A DNA stretch of 64,000 bases, from positions 40,615 to 104,614 of the IMG/VR virus record IMGVR_UViG_3300044837_000085. One strand, given 5' to 3'. A model generated the notes under the pieces. The model saw only the letters and a list, made by a program, of their open reading frames with translations, had not been told where the DNA came from and ran no database searches. Origin of the DNA: a virus. This document shows, one piece after another, positions 9,426-18,630 of the stretch (its first letter is position 1; each line of letters begins with the position of its first letter). A program made the position numbers and the translations under genes.

Positions 9426-9752
9426 TTGGCTCCCCCTGTCTATAGAGGCCAATATGGCATGTAATTCTAGACCAGTCAAGTCCCGGATAATCGCCCACGT
9501 TAAAACCCTTCAAAGGCTTGTCACGGAATACAAAGCCCGTGCGATCGAAGTAGCGCGCGTGGGTGCCCAATCTGCACCAGAGCCCGGTGACTTGGCCACT
9601 CGCGGCGCAATCGCTCAGACATTCCTGGATGAGTGCTACGACGGTTGCGACAGCCACGACTTGGCCGACATCATGCTCAAGCACTGGGACGTGCGTTGGA
9701 AGGCATCCCAGATCTCATCGACTCTGCGCTCATCCCCCTCGGAGAAAGAATA

Positions 9753-11152
9753 ATGCCGAATAGCAAGATCAGAGCGCAGCAACGCGTGAATTCGAGAAAG
9801 CTTGACGAGGAAGGAATGCTGTTAGTCCGGCAACGAAATTTTCCGAAGCCGACCAATTCGGTCAGCCTGCGCTATCGCAGCGAAAGAGAAATTGACCGGC
9901 GCAAACGCCAGATCGCGCGAGGGCAGCTTACGGAAAGCAACGGACTGGCGGTTTCCTCCACACCTCTTGGAGGCGGCAAGTGAGCTACGTCACGGTCGGT
10001 CAAATCCTAGATGCTCACGCTCAGTTCGGCCAGCTTGATCTTGAAATGGTCAAAAGGGCGATGGGGCCAAATTTTCCCGAGAGCTGGAACATCATTCCGA
10101 ATGGTCAGGGAATTTTCAAGGCCGCATCCCTACACACTCCGGCAGATCGCCAGAGTGAGGCGTCATGACCATATTTAAATCTGAGGGCTTGTCGTCGGCT
10201 GCGATCGAGATGATCGGCCAGCTCTACGTCAGCGGCCCCACATGGGACGGCAATGTCTGTTCAAAGCAGGGGCGTGGTGAGCTTTGCCGCGCCGGGCTGG
10301 CATGGCACGAACACGGCTATGCCTCGCTGACCCCGGAGGGCGTTCGGACAGCCGTTGAATGGCCTATTGCAGACCTCCGGCGCCGTCACGACGACCGCTG
10401 GCTCAAGAAGCGAAGGGAGTCCTGACCTATGGAACACGCAATAACCGTCGAATTCATCAGCCATAAGCGCAAAGCACAGTGCGCGCCAAACCCGGCCTAT
10501 CCGAACGGCATTGACCTGGACCTGACGGACGGCGCGAAGGTCGCTTGTTTGGCTGACTTACCCTATCCAGCCGAATGCTGCGGCGTTCTGATCGTGCGCT
10601 GTCAGAAGTGCGGATCAGGGCACGCTATCACAACCGCCGGCCGCACCGATGACCCGAAGTCGGTCAAGCTTCCGTGCCACGGGGCATCCTCTGTGTCTTC
10701 GCAGGAGCAAAAGACCCCATGAGTATCGATGGCGAAGATAATGATTTCATTTTCAGGCAAGTTAGCCGCTCAGTCACGCTTGATCTTATTCAGCGGCTGG
10801 AGCGCGTTCGATTAGCTCTTCGTGAGGACAGATGGATGGCGGCGGCGGAAGTGATATCGGATGCAATTTCCGAAATTTCCGCGTTAAGAGCAGCAACATC
10901 TTCGCAGACGCGGGGAACCCCATGAGGCGCGCTCAATCATCACGCGATGTTGAGATTCCCGCGGAAATGATCGGGCTCGCCGAGCGACGTACAGAATTTC
11001 TTTTCCGGCATATGCAATACGGCCCGAACCCGATGAAGATGATTCTTGCCAGCGCTTACATACAGGGCATGAACGATATGTTCGACGCGCTAGAAAACGC
11101 CGGACTTATCGGTCCCACGGTCTCGCGCCCGCACGGAGGAACCCATGACTAA
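9753..11152 (+). CDS. Run of six small hypothetical genes (9753-9983, 9980-10168, 10165-10425, 10429-10722, 10719-10925, 10922-11152)
   Basis: Tightly coupled ATGA/GTGA overlaps. Confidence 0.6.
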
Positions 11153-11338
11153 AGCGAAGAAGACGGAGCCAAATGCAGCGAAGCTTTCGGTCGGGCATCA
11201 TTCCGGAGAACATATTTGGGGATACGAGGTTTTTGGCGATGGAAGGATTCAGTTATCGCCAGGATTTGCCGATCGATTTTGCAGGATTGTGGATCGCGAA
11301 GGCGGCCTACAGGCCATGCAGGAAAACGTCAATCGTTT

Positions 11339-11730
11339 CATGCTTATCCGGTTAACGCACACAAACTCTGAGGCATACTAAATGTTGAGATGGTGTTGGC
11401 ATCGATGGGAGAAACGACCGAGCGAGTTAGGTTGCTACGGTATGGGGCTTGAAACATTCGAGATGCAGCAGTGCGCAAAATGCCATCATTGGCGAGATCG
11501 TTTGAAAGGCTTAAAGCCCGATGGCCGAAGCCGTTATTCATGGGAGTGGACAGATCGTCCAGCCGTCAATTGGCGAACTCTGCCCAAGTCTGAACTTGCC
11601 GAATTATCATGCATCATCGATTGCCGGGATGGCGCGGTCATGAGCGAACGAGACGAGGCGATTCAGAAAGCGCGGAAAGAGTGTCATGACCACAACATCT
11701 AGGGCTGTGTGCCCAAACCGGATAAGCATG
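11339..11730. mobile_element. Non-autonomous IS1595-like mobile insertion cassette (392 bp)
   Basis: 25-bp TIRs CATGCTTATCCGGTTnnnGCACACA (22/25 match); 8-bp TSD AATCGTTT (11331-11338, 11731-11738); no transposase. Confidence 0.9.
11382..11702 (+). CDS. Cassette cargo gene, Cys/His/Trp-rich 106-aa protein
   Basis: CWHRW...CAKCHH; fills the element between the TIRs. Confidence 0.65.
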   Translation: MLRWCWHRWEKRPSELGCYGMGLETFEMQQCAKCHHWRDRLKGLKPDGRSRYSWEWTDRPAVNWRTLPKSELAELSCIIDCRDGAVMSERDEAIQKARKECHDHNI

Positions 11731-11911
11731 AATCGTTTTGTTGCCGATGAATTGACGCGCACTCACAAAGAGCGCCGCGACTGGTGGAGCGAATTATCTA
11801 AGGATACTGGGATCGACCCAGCGAAAAACTATGTGTTCGACATAAGGACTAGATCAATAGTTGAGCAAAAAAAGCCCGATCCTCCGTCTCCACAGGAAGG
11901 CGGGGAAGCCC

Positions 11912-12163
11912 ATGAGTGACATGCATTATGACGATCATCTTGACGGCGAATGCTGGCAGTGCGGCGGCGAAGGCCGCGTGGCCGGAACCTGCATCGATGG
12001 CTGCTGTCTGGAACAGGATGATCCGGACTGCCCGTATTGCTCGCGTCGCTGTGACGTTTGCAATCCGCCAACGCCAGAACAGGTCAAGCGCGGCAATGAG
12101 CTGCGACAAATCCTAGCGGATGCGCTCAATGCTGTGTCCTCACCACTGAACCCGGAGAAATAA
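11912..12163 (+). CDS. Cys-rich zinc-finger-like protein
   Basis: CWQCGGEG...CPYC..CDVC. Confidence 0.65.
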   Translation: MSDMHYDDHLDGECWQCGGEGRVAGTCIDGCCLEQDDPDCPYCSRRCDVCNPPTPEQVKRGNELRQILADALNAVSSPLNPEK

Positions 12164-12165
12164 GG

Positions 12166-12678
12166 ATGATGGCAAAAACCAAAGCGCTTCCATGGACTAT
12201 TCTCGGCCGAGAAATAGGAACGGCGACTGGCTGGGACCAAGCAGATACATTCATCATGCAACTGTACGATTTCATGCCTGCGGCTGGTGTTGACCTTCCA
12301 TCAGGAACCATCTCCATAAATTTCGAGACCGGCATGGTTGAGAGCTGGGACGATAATGGGCAGATCATCAAGGCCAGGGATATCGTTACGGCCGTCTGCG
12401 CGCTTTCGTGTTTTTCACAGAAGCCGCCAGTGAGTAGGGAAATGGAGAAATACGTCGAGATTCGCCCCGTAGTAATGGAAGGCTCGCCGGATGCCCACAA
12501 TGTCTTCTTAAAGGTGACAAACCAGAGCTTTTGCGTCACGCCATACGGCTGCGAGACAAAAGAAGATGCTGAGTGGAGCCGCGACATGCTCTGCGTGGCG
12601 CTCGAAAAAATCGTGGCTGACGCGGGGGCCGGCGATAATGTGTCCGAACCACCTACCCCGGAGAGCGGCAATGGGTGA
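12166..12678 (+). CDS. Hypothetical two-module protein
   Basis: 170-aa ORF in operon. Confidence 0.6.
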   Translation: MMAKTKALPWTILGREIGTATGWDQADTFIMQLYDFMPAAGVDLPSGTISINFETGMVESWDDNGQIIKARDIVTAVCALSCFSQKPPVSREMEKYVEIRPVVMEGSPDAHNVFLKVTNQSFCVTPYGCETKEDAEWSRDMLCVALEKIVADAGAGDNVSEPPTPESGNG

Positions 12679-12794
12679 GAGTTTTTTCACAATTTGGGAG
12701 CGCGTCATCAAAATTCGCTTTTGTCCCCGGTGCCGCCTTCAGTCAGCGGAAGCCTTGGCGATTGATTGTGTCTGTGACTTTGCTGAAAAAGAAC

Positions 12795-12872
12795 GCGCTC
12801 GTAGCTCAGCCGGATTAGAGCAGCCGCCTTCTAAGCGGCAGGTCGCAGGTTCGACTCCCGCCGAGCGCACCA
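12795..12872 (+). tRNA. tRNA-Arg(TCT)
   Basis: Acceptor GCGCTCG/CGAGCGC, D arm TAGCTCAG..GG, anticodon stem GCCGC-CT TCT AA-GCGGC, GGTTCGACTCC, encoded ACCA. Confidence 0.93.
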
Positions 12873-12995
12873 CGAAATCAGCCCCAGCGGATGGAGCGTC
12901 TCATCTTCGCGTTGAGCGTGATCCGTCAGAAATGCCGGATTCCCCTGGGGCTGATACCCACTCTCGCGCAGTTGTGGGAAATGCGGGGAAGCCCC

Positions 12996-13229
12996 ATGAG
13001 TGAGTCCAATCTTCTACCCTGCCCGTTCTGTGGCGGCGAGGCCCGACTAATCACCGGCCAGCACAACTTCGTTGATGCGCAAGTTAGTTGCTTGGACTGC
13101 GGTACATCAGGCCCGGACTTCGATCATGATCCGGCAATAGGCGCTTTCGATCATGATCCAAGCACGTCGGCGGCTAAGCATTGGAACACTCGCATCAATG
13201 GTGAGCGAACTACACCGGGGAAGCCATGA
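12996..13229 (+). CDS. Lar-family restriction-alleviation-like protein
   Basis: LLPCPFCGG...VSCLDCG...AAKHWNTR. Confidence 0.75.
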   Translation: MSESNLLPCPFCGGEARLITGQHNFVDAQVSCLDCGTSGPDFDHDPAIGAFDHDPSTSAAKHWNTRINGERTTPGKP

Positions 13230-13266
13230 GCCCTGATCGCCGCATGACGCTAAAGCAGGCCGCCGA

Positions 13267-13830
13267 ATGAGCCGCGCCGTCACTTTCACGCAGGCCCAGG
13301 TGCGCCGCGCCGTCAAGGCTGCGGAGAGCGCCGGGCTGCGCGTGCAGTCGATCACCATCGAACCCGATGGGACGGTGAATGCAGACGGTCCACTCCTGCA
13401 CCGGCCTGATCGATTCTTTGAATTAGACAGGGCGGCCGCCTATTGCCGTAGTCGGCCAGATCAATTCAAGGCCATGATCAAGGTGGGTATATTTCCGCAG
13501 CACGGGCCAAAAAAGCTATGGGACCGTAAGCTGCTCGATACTTCACTTAAATCCGCAACGCCTGAGGTCAGGCCGGGCGGTGGCCGAGTTTACTTTCTAG
13601 CCGTTGATAAGTTCATCAAGATCGGGTTTTCCGCTGGTGGCACCCTGGGACGGGTTGCTCAGATGCAAACCGGGTCGCCATTTGAAATTGTTTTAATCGC
13701 GGATGTGCCCGGTACCGAACAAGCCGAGCAAGCCCTGCACGATAAATTCAAATTCCTGCATGAGCGCGGCGAATGGTTCAGGCGAGACGCCGGACTGTTG
13801 GCTTACATCGACTGGTTGCAAGGCAAATGA
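13267..13830 (+). CDS. Excisionase-like N-terminus fused to T5orf172/MUG113-type GIY-YIG domain
   Basis: FTQAQVRRAVKAAESAG..PDGT; VYFLAVDKFIKIGFS...MQTGSP...EQALHDKF...GEWF. Confidence 0.75.
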   Translation: MSRAVTFTQAQVRRAVKAAESAGLRVQSITIEPDGTVNADGPLLHRPDRFFELDRAAAYCRSRPDQFKAMIKVGIFPQHGPKKLWDRKLLDTSLKSATPEVRPGGGRVYFLAVDKFIKIGFSAGGTLGRVAQMQTGSPFEIVLIADVPGTEQAEQALHDKFKFLHERGEWFRRDAGLLAYIDWLQGK

Positions 13831-14045
13831 CCCGCACCATCCCCTTCACCGCAGCGTCGCTTGCCAGAGCCATCAAAGGCGTTGAGCTGGCGGGCCGGTT
13901 TGTCGTCGGCGTCAAGCCTGACGGCACCCTGATCGTGGGGGATAAGCCCGTCGAAACCACTTCCTTAGTTCCGGCAGTTGAGCAACCCTCACCCCGAAAA
14001 TTCGGGGAGAAACTAGGTGGTCAAGGTGCATCTGGCAGGGCTTAA
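13827..14045 (+). CDS. Putative excisionase / recombination directionality factor
   Basis: FTAASLARAIKG..KPDGTLIV; small gene overlapping the integrase start. Confidence 0.6.
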   Translation: MTRTIPFTAASLARAIKGVELAGRFVVGVKPDGTLIVGDKPVETTSLVPAVEQPSPRKFGEKLGGQGASGRA

Positions 14046-15159
14046 AATCGTCCGCTCCAAGGGCAAATATTACGTCTATGTCCGGGCGACTGGAAAGGCG
14101 TTGCTGCGCGGGTTCGATGGCGACGAGGCGGCCCTACGCAAGCGCCTAGCGCTACCTGACATGATCGGCGCCTACAATGCCCCACGCAAGCGCGAGACGT
14201 ATCCGGAGAAGACGCTAGGCTGGCTAGTGGCATGGTTCACCGATTCCGAGAAGTGCGACGAGTTCAAGAACTTGAGCGCGAGCAGCCAGGATCAGTACGG
14301 CGATGGCCTTCGATATCTTGAACCCGAATTTGACTTCCCCCTTGCCGACCTGACCGCAGCCGGCGTCTATGCAGTCCGCGACCGTTGCATCAAGGATAAG
14401 TGGCCGGTCTTTGCTGATAAGATGGTGACGGCGCTCTCGACCATGTTCAATCTCGCGGTGCAGCGTGGCTGGATGCCGACCAATCCAGCGCTGGGCATCA
14501 GGCGGGCCTACAAGTCAGACCCGAACGCCAACCGGGAATGGCGCCCTGAGGAATGGCAAACCGTAAAAGAGCGCGCGCCCCTCGCGTTGCTAATCCCGTA
14601 CATGCTGGCACGGCACGTCGGATATCGCAGTCAAAGCGTCGTCGCCGTGGCGTGGCCGAACTACCAGCCAGACCCCCGGTTCGGCATGTGCTTCCGGATG
14701 CGCCACAAGAAGAACGCCGAGGAGCATTGGCTGCCGGCGTCGCCAGAGATTCAGATGTTCCTCGCGTCGCTCAAGGTCCGCACGCCGGATGGGCCGATCG
14801 CGCTGAAGCGCAACGGTAAGCCTTGGGACAGCGAGGAGCAGCTACAGAAGCGCTCCAGCAACTTTCTGACCGGGCTGGCGCGCAAGGGACTGGTTGGGCC
14901 GGGGCTGACCGAGCACGGCCTGCGGGCAACGTTCGCGGCCGAGATCAAGCGCCTGACCGGCGCCAATGACGACCAGGTGGCTGCCGCCCTCGGGGACCGC
15001 GACGTTCGCATGGGCGCGCATTACACGCGCCACGTTAAGCAGGAGAACAAAATCCTTTTCCTGTGGGCACAGCGAACGAGAACAGAACGAGATTTGGAAA
15101 ACCGGAGCACTCAGGTTTTCCAGCAAGGCGAAAATGATGGTAATATCAGCGGCTTATAG
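14017..15159 (+). CDS. int: Tyrosine integrase
   Basis: N-terminal YYVY arm-binding domain; GYR, HGLR, LGD (usually LGH), AHYTR catalytic motifs. Confidence 0.92.
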   Translation: MVKVHLAGLKIVRSKGKYYVYVRATGKALLRGFDGDEAALRKRLALPDMIGAYNAPRKRETYPEKTLGWLVAWFTDSEKCDEFKNLSASSQDQYGDGLRYLEPEFDFPLADLTAAGVYAVRDRCIKDKWPVFADKMVTALSTMFNLAVQRGWMPTNPALGIRRAYKSDPNANREWRPEEWQTVKERAPLALLIPYMLARHVGYRSQSVVAVAWPNYQPDPRFGMCFRMRHKKNAEEHWLPASPEIQMFLASLKVRTPDGPIALKRNGKPWDSEEQLQKRSSNFLTGLARKGLVGPGLTEHGLRATFAAEIKRLTGANDDQVAAALGDRDVRMGAHYTRHVKQENKILFLWAQRTRTERDLENRSTQVFQQGENDGNISGL

Positions 15160-15276
15160 CAATGAAGAGGACGCTGAGAATGTTATCCTATCCCTGTTTT
15201 TACTGATATTTTTTGGAAAACCGCCATGGCGCGACCCACTAGAAGTCCCGTGAACAAAGACAGATTTGGAAAACCG
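15090..15276. other. Putative attP with arm-type repeats
   Basis: TTTGGAAAACCG at 15093, 15212 and 15265; inverted GGTTTTCCA at 15114; inverted pair AATATCAG 15142-15149 / CTGATATT 15203-15210 bracketing a core. Confidence 0.7.
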
Positions 15277-15412
15277 AAACATGCAGAGAACAATGGACGA
15301 GATCAAGGCGCTGACGCCGGAACAGAAGAATTGAAATCGGTCGAAAGGCCGCTCAGGGCGGCAGGAGGATGACGATGAAGATGACGAGAGGCGACTTGAG
15401 GAACGCGACCAA

Positions 15413-18365
15413 ATGGAGCTCCCAGCTCGACCCCAAGCCGAGCGCGACGCGGAGAACCTGCTGCCCTTCAACGTAGTCGGGATTGTCATAGACACCGGCG
15501 AAGGTGGCCTGAAACCTCACCGTATTGAGCGGGGCGGCGGTACGGGCACCGGCACGATATCTCATATTAGTTGGGCTGACGATTTGCAGCGGGAGTTCAC
15601 GAATGCACTGCACCGGGTATTCCAGCAACGTGTTTTGGATGCCGAAAAGGAATTAGCCTCCCTCGGCATTGAGACGGCTGCCTAGTCCGGCAAGGAAGGC
15701 ACAACATGGCGAAGCGTAAGGAACATCTGCCGGTACGCCGGGTGGCTGGCAAGGCCCGGAAGCCTAAGCCGGTTATGGCCTGGGGCGGGTTCGTTGACGG
15801 CAAGCTGTGCGAATGGCTGAGCGGGTTCTACGACGTGGAGCACCTATCGGTCTTCCGGACGCGGCGGGACGCTAGGCGATGCTGTGAGGACGTTCGGCGG
15901 GTTGAAATCCGGATAGTCCGGTAGTTTGGCAAGGAGATCGCCAGTGCCCCTTGAATTGATCCCGGTTTTCGCGGTGGAGACAATCTTGATTTGGCTGTTT
16001 CTCCGCTGGGTTTTTAGCCACTAGGCAAGGGGATCGAGGAACTGAGGCATGACGAGACCCGGAACATTCAAGGATCACGTTCGCCAAGCCTTCACTGAGG
16101 CTGTGGAGAACGGCCGCGAGGTCGAGCGGCTGCTAAAGCTGATCCAATGGTGCAGGCCGCGCCTTACCAGAGATTGCTACCGCGAGTATGTCGATAAATG
16201 TTTGGCTGATCCGTCGCTGCTTGACCCTGATCCGGACATGCAGGGCAAGATGACGAACGGTAGCTAAAGCGGTGATCAGTAGGCACCACCACACCGCGGC
16301 AACATTGGAGAGACCTATGGCTGATGCAAAACCAAAGACTTCGACCTTCACGATCCACCACGACCGCTGCAAGCCCAACGATTGGTCGCTGGCGCAATGG
16401 AAGCTGCTGCAAGATTTCATCCGGGAGCCGCTAATGCAAAGAGCGGCGGCGCTTTCCCGGCTTGGCATTCAGTTGGTGCTGTCGGAGCACCACGAACCGC
16501 TTGGCGGGTCTCTTGAGAGCTTCGGATGGACGGATGATCGAGGGATGCCCCACCCCGACAGCATTAGCGACGACCTGAACGACATTGCCGAGGACGATAT
16601 AACCCCCGTTGTCGAGGTCTATCGAGGGCCGACCAAGTACGCAGTCCGATTCGGCGTCGATGACGGCCATGGCGAGTTCGGCGGGTATGAGTTCGAGATC
16701 AAGGAGACCGAGGCGGAAGCCGAGGAGTTCCTAAAATCGCTACATGAGCCGGAAACGGTCTGATGCTTTCGAATGGTCACCATGGAGGTGAGGCGTGAAG
16801 GGTACATTTGAAGGGCTAGACATAATCGCCAAGCTTCGAATTTCTGCGCAAGATGGCCGGGAGATCATCGAGCCATGGCAGATGGACCCGAACCTTTATG
16901 ATGAAGCGGCCGATGAAATCGAGCGATTGAGGAAGATGGCCATCGATATGCAGGAAATCAAACTGATCGCCAGCGATTGGCGCTATTCGTCAGAGGCGGT
17001 CGGGATCGCATTCCGCAATAGGCTGAGACTATCAACAGACACCGAGAGCGTGACGTGAGAGACAGCGGCGGCACCTATAGCCGTCGCGGGGAGTCGCCGC
17101 ATACAAATGCCACTCAGCCCGGCGGCTCCCCAAATTCTCACTCAGCGATCCTGACCGACAACGAATGGTCACCATGGAGGTGAAACGTGAAACTTGATCG
17201 GCACATCAACATCGATAAGCGCGGCAAGTATGCGCTCCTGAAACTGCGGCGGCTGGACGACTGGCTGCAAAGCGGCGCTTTCGCGGAGGTGCCACAATCA
17301 ATCCAGGATGCCCTCAAGACCCTGGAGGGCGCGGGTATGGTCGATTATGGGACCTCCGGCACGGAATCCGAGTTCTTCGTGATGAGGCTCAAGGACAAGT
17401 ACGCCGCCAGTGGCCTCTACGGTTACGCCAATGCGGCGTATATCGACGATCCGGAGTATGCCGAGGAAGTTGAGGGTCTGGCGCGGCGCGCTGGACCGGC
17501 AAGCCCGTTCTGCAAAAAGCCGGACTGATTGTGCTGACAGATCATCGATGGACTGAGGCATGAAGAAAATTGAAAGCTACTCGGACGTTATCAGGGGCAC
17601 GGTTACCTATGAGATCGGCGGTGGTCGATATATTACTCTCGACACGCGCACCGTTCAGGAATTTGGGCTCGCTAAGGTGATGGAATCCTACGGCGTGGAA
17701 ATACCGACAGAGCGGGTTCCGGTAATGCGATATGGGCGTCGCGTCGGCACCGTACCGGGGGACTTCGATCTGTCGTTTGCGCGCAGCCGATCGCCATTCT
17801 ATGACGTGAGGCCGGGCGACCTTACCCGCCAAGGTGATGTTTGGGTCGCAGCTCGAAACATGGGCGCGAGCGATCTGGATTGCCTAATCGGCTTCAGACG
17901 CGATGACAGCATTGAGCATGAGAAGCGCCAGGAAGAGATTCGGGATGAGACGCTGACCGCGCTTGGCGTCCCACTACCCCGATGATGAGCAGTCACGGAG
18001 GATGGCATGGCATTCAACGGCGAGGGCACTTGCTCAGAATGTTACGAGGGTGGATATAAGGACGCCTTTGAAACGGTCATTGAGCACTTCAAGAAGTCAC
18101 AGGCGTTCTATAGCGGGCACGGAGATGTAATTGCCGCCGAGGTAGAGGCTCTGTTGAAGACCGAACTACCCTACTCCTAAGCGACAACCGAGGAAGCCCC
18201 ATGGATAGAGAGACCGCAATCGAATTGCTCAAGATGGAGCAGAGGAACGGCGACACTGAAGCGGCTCATTCAAACGCCGATGGTGTTCTGTGTGAACTCC
18301 TGAAGGCTCTCGGCTATGGGGATGTTGTGGACGAGTATATCCAAGTCGAGAAGTGGTTCGCCTGA
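15413..18365 (+). CDS. Run of small hypothetical genes right of attP (15413-15685, 15706-15924, 16049-16267, 16317-16763, 16795-17058, 17187-17528, 17560-17985, 18007-18180, 18201-18365)
   Basis: Co-oriented ORFs, most with an evident RBS; phage accessory-type proteins. Confidence 0.6.
16770..17183 (+). repeat. 22-bp direct repeat CGAATGGTCACCATGGAGGTGA (16770-16791, 17162-17183)
   Basis: Identical copies; each contains the RBS for a following GTG start. Confidence 0.9.
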
Positions 18366-18397
18366 CGCCACACCCTCGCGCTGCTGGCCAATGAGAG

Positions 18398-18504
18398 GGA
18401 CACCCGATGGAGTCGAACCATCCGTCGAACTCGGCAGAACGGCGATCAACCCGAACCGCAATGAGCCGCCCGCCCATGGCAAGCCATTTTCCGGCGGAAG
18501 TGTC
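18398..18504 (-). ncRNA. tRNA-like structured RNA
   Basis: Acceptor-like stem GACACTT/GGGTGTC directly stacked on T arm GATGG-TTCGACT-CCATC; non-canonical interior. Confidence 0.5.
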
Positions 18505-18521
18505 TGAGACGATGCCTATCA

Positions 18522-18561
18522 CAAACAAAAAGGCCGCGCCATCCCGAAGGACAGCGCGGCC
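18522..18561 (-). terminator. Intrinsic terminator ending the late operon
   Basis: Minus strand GGCCGCGCTGTCC TTCG GGATGGCGCGGCC TTTTTGTTT. Confidence 0.8.
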
Positions 18562-18630
18562 AGTTTCAACAGAGTGCCAGAGGGAGGAAATCTGGCAAGC
18601 TACCGCCGGAAGGGAATCCAGGCGGATTGG

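Larger units (their letters stand above)
7693..9495 (-). mobile_element. IS1595-family element carrying a passenger gene
   Basis: 25-bp TIRs GGCGATTATCCGG(T/G)ACTTGACTGGT (7693-7717, 9471-9495; 1 mismatch); 8-bp TSD CACGTTAA (7685-7692, 9496-9503). Confidence 0.95.
7241..9753 (+). pseudogene. Modular hypothetical gene interrupted by IS1595 element
   Basis: Removing 7693-9503 restores one frame: ...AETEHVK|TLQRLVTEY...SEKE*. Confidence 0.85.
11145..11919 (+). pseudogene. Hypothetical gene interrupted by a non-autonomous cassette
   Basis: Removing 11339-11738 restores ...QENVNRF|VADELTRTHKERR...AHE*. Confidence 0.85.

Noticed and set aside
8388-9464. 358-aa + strand ORF
   Set aside because: Antisense shadow of the IS1595 transposase
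12795-12872. tRNA as the attachment site or prophage boundary
   Set aside because: Full-length, inside the early operon upstream of int, with no duplicated 3' fragment; arm-type repeats lie after int instead
15369-15476. Short ORF MTMKMTRGDLRNATKW.. with strong RBS, possibly the frameshifted true start of 15413-15685
   Set aside because: Cannot distinguish a frameshift from two overlapping ORFs without homologs
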